Of a stretch of DNA of 64,000 nt, positions 58,053-64,000 are shown piece by piece. Both the position numbers and the translations under genes were made by a program. The notes under the pieces are model-generated. The model worked only from the letters and a program-made list of their open reading frames with translations, did no database searches and was not told where the DNA came from. How positions within the stretch are numbered: the stretch's first letter is position 1; the number at the start of each line of letters is the position of its first letter. This DNA comes from Oscillospiraceae bacterium (GTDB lineage Bacteria; Bacillota; Clostridia; Oscillospirales; Acutalibacteraceae): assembly GCA_015065665.1 (NCBI GenBank), contig SVPX01000002.1, forward strand, positions 848-64,847, read 5' to 3'.

Positions 58053-59789
58053 ATGAAAAAGTCACTTGCGTTAATTCTTGCAATTGTTATGGTACTTTGC
58101 CTTGGTCTTACAGCTTGTAACGACAACGGCGGTAGCGTAGCATCCGAAATGACAATCTGCGTTGGTCCTTATCCGGACACAATCGACCCTGCACTCAACT
58201 CTGCAGTTGACGGTGCAACTTATGTTATCCACGCTTTTGCTGGTCTCGTAGGCTACGAGCAGGCAGAGGACGGCTCTCTCAAGCTTGTTCCTGATTGTGC
58301 AAAGGCATTCCCCGAGGCAGTAGCACTTGAGGATGGTAAGGTTTCTTACACATACGAGCTTAAGGACGGCCTTAAGTGGTCTGACGGAACAGACCTTACA
58401 GCTGCTGACTTCGTTTGGGCTTGGAACAGAGCTATCGCTCCCGAGACAGCTGCTGACTACGGCTATATGTTCGACTGCATCGATGGTTATGCAGAGGGCA
58501 AACTCAATGTTACAGCTTCTGAGGACGGCAAGTCTCTCACAATCGTTCTTGCTAACGATGTTCCTTACTTCAACGAGCTTCTCGCATTCCCCACATACAT
58601 GCCTGTTAAGCAGTCCGTAGTTGAGGGCAACGACTCCTGGGCTATTGATGCTGCTACATACATCGGCAACGGTCCCTACAAGGTAACTGAGTTTACACAG
58701 GGCCAGATGGTTATGGAGAAGAACGAATACTATCACAATGCAGACGCTGTTAAGACAGCAAAGCTTATCTTCCCCTTCAACGAGGATGACAGCTCTCTGT
58801 ATGCTAACTTCCAGAACGGTTCTTACCTGTTCATTGACTCTGTTCCCAACGATCAGATCGACGCTATCGAGGCTCAGTATCCTGATGAGTACAAGGTAAC
58901 AGGTCAGCTCGGTACATACTATGTATCCTTTAACGTAAACGACGAGGCTCTCAAGGACTTCACAGAAGTTGAGAAGATTTCTATCCGTAAGGCTCTTGGT
59001 CTCCTTCTTGAGAGAAACTACATCTGCACAGATATCGGTAAGGCTGGTCAGGTTGCTGCTAACACATTTGTACCCATGGGTCTCACAGATGCTGACGGCG
59101 TAACAGAGTTCAGAGCTAACGCTAACGGTGGCGCAGGTTACTTCAGCGTAAACAAGGACGACTACAAGGCTAACTGTGACGAGGCTATCAAGCTCCTCGC
59201 AGATGTTGCTAAGTCTTCCGGCAAGTTCACAGTTGAGGGCGACACAGTTACAGGCTTCCCCACTCTCACATACATCACAAACGAGGGTACAGGCCACGAG
59301 CAGATCGCTACTTACATGAAGGAAGTTTATGAGACATACGGCATCACAATGAAGATCGAAGTTCAGGAGTGGAACACATTCCTTGATACTCGTAAGTCCG
59401 GCGACTACTCCTTCGCACGTAACGGTTGGCTTGCTGACTACAACGATCCTATCTCCTTCCTTGACATGTGGCTCACAGAGTCCGGTAACAACGACTGCCA
59501 GTTCGGTAAGGGCGCACACAAGGATTATGCAGGTTACTCCTACGATGGTAAGGACAACCTCACATGGGCAGAGTCATTCGATGTAATCATCGCAAAGATC
59601 AAGGCTTCCAAGGATCCCGCTGAGAGATTCGAGCTTATGCACCAGGCTGAGGATATCCTCATGTCCACAGGCGCAATCTGCCCCCTCTACTACTACACAG
59701 ATCAGTTCATGTGCTCCACAAGCATTGAAGGCAGCTTCGTAAGCCCCCTCGGCTACAAGTACTTCATGTATGCATCTGTTACTGAATAA
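58053..59789 (+). CDS. oppA: Oligopeptide ABC transporter substrate-binding lipoprotein
   Basis: Lipobox LTA-C; TIDPA, KWSDG..TAADFV, GNGPY, RNGWLADYNDP. Confidence 0.93.
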   Translation: MKKSLALILAIVMVLCLGLTACNDNGGSVASEMTICVGPYPDTIDPALNSAVDGATYVIHAFAGLVGYEQAEDGSLKLVPDCAKAFPEAVALEDGKVSYTYELKDGLKWSDGTDLTAADFVWAWNRAIAPETAADYGYMFDCIDGYAEGKLNVTASEDGKSLTIVLANDVPYFNELLAFPTYMPVKQSVVEGNDSWAIDAATYIGNGPYKVTEFTQGQMVMEKNEYYHNADAVKTAKLIFPFNEDDSSLYANFQNGSYLFIDSVPNDQIDAIEAQYPDEYKVTGQLGTYYVSFNVNDEALKDFTEVEKISIRKALGLLLERNYICTDIGKAGQVAANTFVPMGLTDADGVTEFRANANGGAGYFSVNKDDYKANCDEAIKLLADVAKSSGKFTVEGDTVTGFPTLTYITNEGTGHEQIATYMKEVYETYGITMKIEVQEWNTFLDTRKSGDYSFARNGWLADYNDPISFLDMWLTESGNNDCQFGKGAHKDYAGYSYDGKDNLTWAESFDVIIAKIKASKDPAERFELMHQAEDILMSTGAICPLYYYTDQFMCSTSIEGSFVSPLGYKYFMYASVTE

Positions 59790-59832
59790 TTATAATCTGT
59801 GATTTCTAAACAACCAGAAAACTGACTGACGT

Positions 59833-59865
59833 CCGCCGCTTCCGCTTTTGGGAGCGGCGGTTTTT
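59833..59865 (+). terminator. Terminator after oppA
   Basis: CCGCCGCTTCC/GGGAGCGGCGG hairpin plus TTTTT. Confidence 0.85.
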
Positions 59866-60063
59866 GTTGTCTGCAGATATAGAAAATTATCAGTGTTTAT
59901 GGGGTTTTGTGGGCTTTTATAGGTGGATTTACAGCAAGGCATATATGAGGAGGGGATTTTTAACCCCTTTAGTAGTGCAAGTTACCGAAAACGCAGTAAA
60001 ACACTTGCTTTTTTGTTATTACCGTGTTATACTTTGTTACAGTTGAATAATGTAGTAAGAGTA

Positions 60064-60091
60064 AGGAGTGGGTCAAAGGCGACCCGCTCCT
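60064..60091 (+). promoter_or_regulatory. rimP leader hairpin
   Basis: AGGAGTGGGTC/GACCCGCTCCT; a GAGTGGG hairpin of the kind usually found upstream of rimP-nusA. Confidence 0.6.
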
Positions 60092-60113
60092 CACTTGTTA
60101 TGGAGGGATTTAA

Positions 60114-60599
60114 TTGGCTAAGGACAATAAATCAAAGATAAGCGTATGCGACTCTGTAAGAACAATTGCAGAGCCTGTGGCAGAAGCCTGCGGCGTGGAA
60201 ATCTGGGACGTAAGATACGTCAAAGAGGGTGCCGAGTGGTACTTAAGAATTTTCATTGACAAAGAGGGCGGAGTGTCCGTTGATGATTGTGAGGCAGTAT
60301 CCCGTGCAATTGATGAGCCTCTGGACAAACTTGATCCTATCAAGGATTATTACATTCTTGAGGTAAGCTCACCCGGTCTTGAGCGTGAACTTGTAAGACC
60401 TGAGCATTTCGACCGCTACATCGGTGCGGATGTTATGGTAAGACTTATCAGACCTATGGAGATTCTGGGCAAGGATTTCTCAGGTGTGCTTACAGCTCAC
60501 GATAAGGATACGGTTACAATCACAGACCACTCAGGTGAAAATGTGGTTACTATCAACAAGAAGGACGCAGCATGGATTAAGCTTGACGACTTCGACTGA
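60114..60599 (+). CDS. rimP: Ribosome maturation factor RimP
   Basis: LRIFIDKEGGVSVDDCEAVSR, YILEVSSPGLER; TTG start after GGAGG. Confidence 0.96.
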   Translation: MAKDNKSKISVCDSVRTIAEPVAEACGVEIWDVRYVKEGAEWYLRIFIDKEGGVSVDDCEAVSRAIDEPLDKLDPIKDYYILEVSSPGLERELVRPEHFDRYIGADVMVRLIRPMEILGKDFSGVLTAHDKDTVTITDHSGENVVTINKKDAAWIKLDDFD

Positions 60600-60666
60600 T
60601 AAAGTATAAAACAGTTCATAATTCAAAATTATATATACACATCAAGGAAAGGAATGGTTATCAAAA

Positions 60667-61728
60667 ATGGTTAACAAGGAGTTATTCGAAGCTCTTGCAA
60701 TGCTTGAGAAAGAAAAAGGTGTCTCTGTGGATTATATGATCGATCAGATCAAGAGAGCCATTATCGTAGCTTGTAAGAATCTCTACGGCAACGAGAACGT
60801 AGAAATCGTAATGGACAGAGATAAACACACATTCACAGTTAAACTTAAGAAGATGGTTGTTGAGGAGGTAGTTGACGAGGCTACAGAAATCTCCCTTGAA
60901 GATGCAAAGCTCATCTCCAAGCGTGCAACAATCGGCAAGGAAGTTGCAATCAATCTTGACCCCAGAAAGTTTGGCAGAATCGCAGTAAGCGCTTCCAAGA
61001 ACGTTATCCATGGCGGTATCCGTGACGGTGAGAAGGGCCAGGCTCTCAGAGAGTTCCAGTCAAAGCACAAGGAAATCCTCACAGCTACAGTTGAGCGTAT
61101 CGACCCCAAGACAGGCAACGCAACACTCAAGTTCGGCAAGACAGAGGTTGTACTGCCCAAGAGCGAGCAGCTGCCTGATGAGATTCTTGAGGAAGGGGAC
61201 CTTATCAAGATTTATGTTGTTGACATCAAGGTTGGCGACAGAGGTCCCAGAGCAATCATCTCCCGTACACATCCCGACTTTGTAAGAAAGATGTTTGAGA
61301 CAGAAGTTCCCGAGATTTTCGAGGGTATTGTTGAGATTAAGTCCATCTCCCGTGAGGCAGGTTCCAGAACAAAGATGGCTGTTGTTTCCAACGATGCAGA
61401 GGTTGATGCAGTTGGTGCTTGTATCGGTACAAGAGGTGCAAGAGTTAACTCCATCGTTGAGGAACTTGGCGGTGAGAAAATCGACATCGTTGTATATGAT
61501 GAGGACCCCGCAAAGTATATCGCAGCATCACTTTCTCCTGCAACAGTTGTTAAGGTTGAACTTGCAGAGGATGGCTCAAAGAGCTGCAGAGTTACTGTTC
61601 CTGATGGTCAGCTTTCACTTGCTATCGGCAACAAGGGCCAGAATGCCCGCCTTGCTGCAAAGCTTACCGGCTGGAAGATTGATATCCGTCCCGAGAGCGG
61701 ATTTTTCGGTGAAGATACCGAGGACTGA
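60667..61728 (+). CDS. nusA: Transcription termination/antitermination factor NusA
   Basis: FGRIA, ISRTHP, EVPEIFEG, REAGSRTK, GACIG, LSLAIGNKGQNARLAAKLTGWKIDI. Confidence 0.98.
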   Translation: MVNKELFEALAMLEKEKGVSVDYMIDQIKRAIIVACKNLYGNENVEIVMDRDKHTFTVKLKKMVVEEVVDEATEISLEDAKLISKRATIGKEVAINLDPRKFGRIAVSASKNVIHGGIRDGEKGQALREFQSKHKEILTATVERIDPKTGNATLKFGKTEVVLPKSEQLPDEILEEGDLIKIYVVDIKVGDRGPRAIISRTHPDFVRKMFETEVPEIFEGIVEIKSISREAGSRTKMAVVSNDAEVDAVGACIGTRGARVNSIVEELGGEKIDIVVYDEDPAKYIAASLSPATVVKVELAEDGSKSCRVTVPDGQLSLAIGNKGQNARLAAKLTGWKIDIRPESGFFGEDTED

Positions 61729-61770
61729 TTAAGTCCCTTTAACATATAAAACCTTGGAGGAGGGAAGAAT

Positions 61771-62073
61771 ATGAAGCAGAGAAAAACTCCTATGAGAAAA
61801 TGTACAGGCTGCGGAGAGATGAAGCCTAAGTTTGAGCTTATCCGTGTTGTAAAAGCTCCCGATGTGGTGGATGAAAAGGGCGAGGTTGTAGAAAAAGGGG
61901 AGGTTTCCCTGGACCTAACATCCAAAAAGTCCGGCAGAGGTGCTTATATCTGTCATAATATAGAGTGTCTGCAGATGGCAAGAAAGGCAAGAAGACTTGA
62001 GAGAGCCTTCAGTTGTATGATTCCCGCTGAGGTTTACGATGCTATGGAAAAGGAGCTGACACAGGATGAATGA
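61771..62073 (+). CDS. ylxR: YlxR (RnpM) family nucleic-acid-binding protein
   Basis: PMRKCTGCGE, LIRVV, GRGAYIC; conserved position after nusA. Confidence 0.93.
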   Translation: MKQRKTPMRKCTGCGEMKPKFELIRVVKAPDVVDEKGEVVEKGEVSLDLTSKKSGRGAYICHNIECLQMARKARRLERAFSCMIPAEVYDAMEKELTQDE

Positions 62074-62398
62074 CAGATTACTGTCACTTCTTGGTATCTG
62101 CCGCAGAGCAGGCAGACTTGTGATTGGCGCCGACCCTGTAAAGGAAGCCATAGAAACCGACAAGGCTTTTCTTGTAATCTGTGCATCTGATATTTCTCAG
62201 AATACAGAGAAGAAAATCCGTATGGCAGTCGAGACAAAGGGTACTGTAGAGTATCATATTATAGACAGAACAAAAGATGAGTTGAGTTTCAGTCTCGGCA
62301 AGACCTGTGCGGTACTTGCGGTTATTGATAAGGGCTTTGCGGATAAGTTCACAGAGCTTATTGAAGCAGAGCAGAAAAAGGAGGAAACTACTATATGA
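62066..62398 (+). CDS. ylxQ: L7Ae/L30e family RNA-binding protein (YlxQ)
   Basis: [32 protein letters not shown]. Confidence 0.9.
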   Translation: MNDRLLSLLGICRRAGRLVIGADPVKEAIETDKAFLVICASDISQNTEKKIRMAVETKGTVEYHIIDRTKDELSFSLGKTCAVLAVIDKGFADKFTELIEAEQKKEETTI

Positions 62399-64000
62399 AA
62401 TATAAAGTACACGAACTTGCCAAGGATCTGGGTGTTTCCAGCAAGGCTGTTTCTGAGGTTGTTGAGAAATACTGCAAAACCGTCAGAAAGTCCATGACTT
62501 CTCTTGAAGAAGAGGAGCTTAACGTAGTATTTGACTATTTTACACAGGAGAATGCAGTTGAGAACTTCAACGCATACTTTGCTGTAGCAACTAAAGCACA
62601 GGCAGAGCGTGAGGACAAGGCAAAGACAGAGCCCGCTCCCCAGCCTGAGAAGGCACAGCAGGGCGGCAAGAAGGATGCACCCAAGAAGTCCGATGCTCCC
62701 CAGAAAAAGACAGATGCACCCAAGAAACCTGCAGAAACAGAGGCTCCCGTATCCGAGGGTGCTATCAAGTCCAAACGCGGCGAGGGTAAGGTTGTTGATA
62801 CCCGTGCAGGTTATGTTGATGTAGAGCGTTACAACGAGAAGTACGACCGTATGGCATATGATAAAGGCCGTTCCGACAGCACTATGTCTACCCAGAAGCA
62901 GAAGCTCAGACAGCGTTCACAGCAGAAGGGTAAGCATCGCTCAGGTAAGAGAGAAACAGAACAGCAGAGAATTGACCGTATTGCACAGGAGCGTAAGGCA
63001 AAGCCTCTGACAATCAAGATTCCTGATGAAATCACAGTTACCGAACTGGCTCTCAGACTTAAGGCTACTGCTGCTGAGGTTATCAAGAAGGCTTTCCTTA
63101 TGGGTACAATGGTTACTCAGAACGATACAATCGACTTCGATACAGCTTCTCTCATTGCTATGGAGTTCCACGCAAAGGTTGAGAAGGAAGTTATCGTTAC
63201 TATCGAGGAGAGAATCATCGATGACAGAGAGGATGACGATGAGAACCTGAAGATGCGTGCTCCCGTTGTAGTTGTTATGGGACACGTTGACCACGGTAAG
63301 ACATCACTCCTTGACTACATCCGTCATGCAAACGTTACTGCTTCCGAGGCAGGCGGTATTACTCAGCACATCGGTGCTTACAGAGTAGATGTAGACGGCA
63401 GAGATATCACATTCCTTGATACTCCCGGTCACGAAGCTTTCACAACAATGCGAGCAAGAGGCGCACAGTGCACAGATATCGCAATCCTTGTTGTTGCTGC
63501 TGATGACGGTATTATGCCCCAGACAGTTGAGGCTATCAACCACGCAAAGGCTGCAGGGGTTTCTGTAATCGTTGCAATCAATAAGATGGATAAAGAGGCT
63601 GCAAACCCCGACAGAGTTATGCAGCAGCTTACAGAGCATGAGATTATCCCCGAGGAGTGGGGCGGTGACACACCCTGTATTCCTATCTCTGCAAAGACAG
63701 GTATGGGTATTGATGACCTGCTTGAGATGGTAACTCTCGTTGCTGATATGAAAGAACTCAAGGCTAACCCCGACCGTGCCGCTAAGGGTATCGTTGTTGA
63801 GGCTCGTCTTGACAAGGGCAGAGGTCCTATTGCTACTATCCTTGTTCAGAATGGTACTCTGCGTACAGGTGACATTGTTGTTGCAGGTACAGCAGTAGGT
63901 AGAGTCCGTGCTATGACTAACGAGCGCGGTGAGCGTGTTCAGGAGGCAGGCCCCTCTGTTCCTGTTGAGATTACAGGTCTTGCAGAAGTTCCCTCCGGTG
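62395..64000 (+). CDS. infB: Translation initiation factor IF-2, 3' truncated by window edge
   Basis: ATG 62395 overlaps the ylxQ stop (ATGA); [53 protein letters not shown]. Confidence 0.97.
   Translation, partial: MKYKVHELAKDLGVSSKAVSEVVEKYCKTVRKSMTSLEEEELNVVFDYFTQENAVENFNAYFAVATKAQAEREDKAKTEPAPQPEKAQQGGKKDAPKKSDAPQKKTDAPKKPAETEAPVSEGAIKSKRGEGKVVDTRAGYVDVERYNEKYDRMAYDKGRSDSTMSTQKQKLRQRSQQKGKHRSGKRETEQQRIDRIAQERKAKPLTIKIPDEITVTELALRLKATAAEVIKKAFLMGTMVTQNDTIDFDTASLIAMEFHAKVEKEVIVTIEERIIDDREDDDENLKMRAPVVVVMGHVDHGKTSLLDYIRHANVTASEAGGITQHIGAYRVDVDGRDITFLDTPGHEAFTTMRARGAQCTDIAILVVAADDGIMPQTVEAINHAKAAGVSVIVAINKMDKEAANPDRVMQQLTEHEIIPEEWGGDTPCIPISAKTGMGIDDLLEMVTLVADMKELKANPDRAAKGIVVEARLDKGRGPIATILVQNGTLRTGDIVVAGTAVGRVRAMTNERGERVQEAGPSVPVEITGLAEVPSG

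Noticed and set aside
58071-59519. 482-aa antisense ORF inside oppA (and similar shadows in pnp, trpS, the SBP and the giant gene)
   Set aside because: Expected by-product of strong codon bias in the sense gene; no motifs or RBS.

Overview
Chromosomal window from a gut-type Firmicute, probably Ruminococcus-like (Oscillospiraceae/Acutalibacteraceae). This is inferred from the GDxDxDGxVxIKDATxIQK dockerins, the CBM26-like modules and the gene order. Core genes flank the window: aminotransferase and trpS on the left; tRNA-Thr, rpsO, pnp, oppBCDFA and rimP-nusA-ylxR-ylxQ-infB on the right. About 48 kb of accessory DNA lies between. The most notable part is 14.0-38.0 kb. There a RiPP-type cassette (PqqD/RRE, Cys-rich precursor with a YxxP leader and C-terminal Ser, HPr-kinase-like P-loop protein, radical SAM/SPASM) faces an operon encoding a nucleotidyltransferase, an Ig-like membrane protein, two Wzc-like BY-kinases, an S24/S26 peptidase and a CpsB phosphatase. 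No lasso cyclase or glycosyltransferase is visible. A CotH-kinase/dockerin gene and a 3574-aa fibro-slime/CBM/GH20 surface protein sit in the same block. Other highlights: an ECF sigma whose putative anti-sigma carries two cohesin-like domains next to a dockerin protein; a duplicated ECF module with three TGAAC(C/A)-N16-CGTATATA promoters; and a nucleoside phosphorylase-GH13 fusion. No CRISPR, rRNA, transposase or integrase was seen. All calls come from motif recognition by eye; no database search was run.
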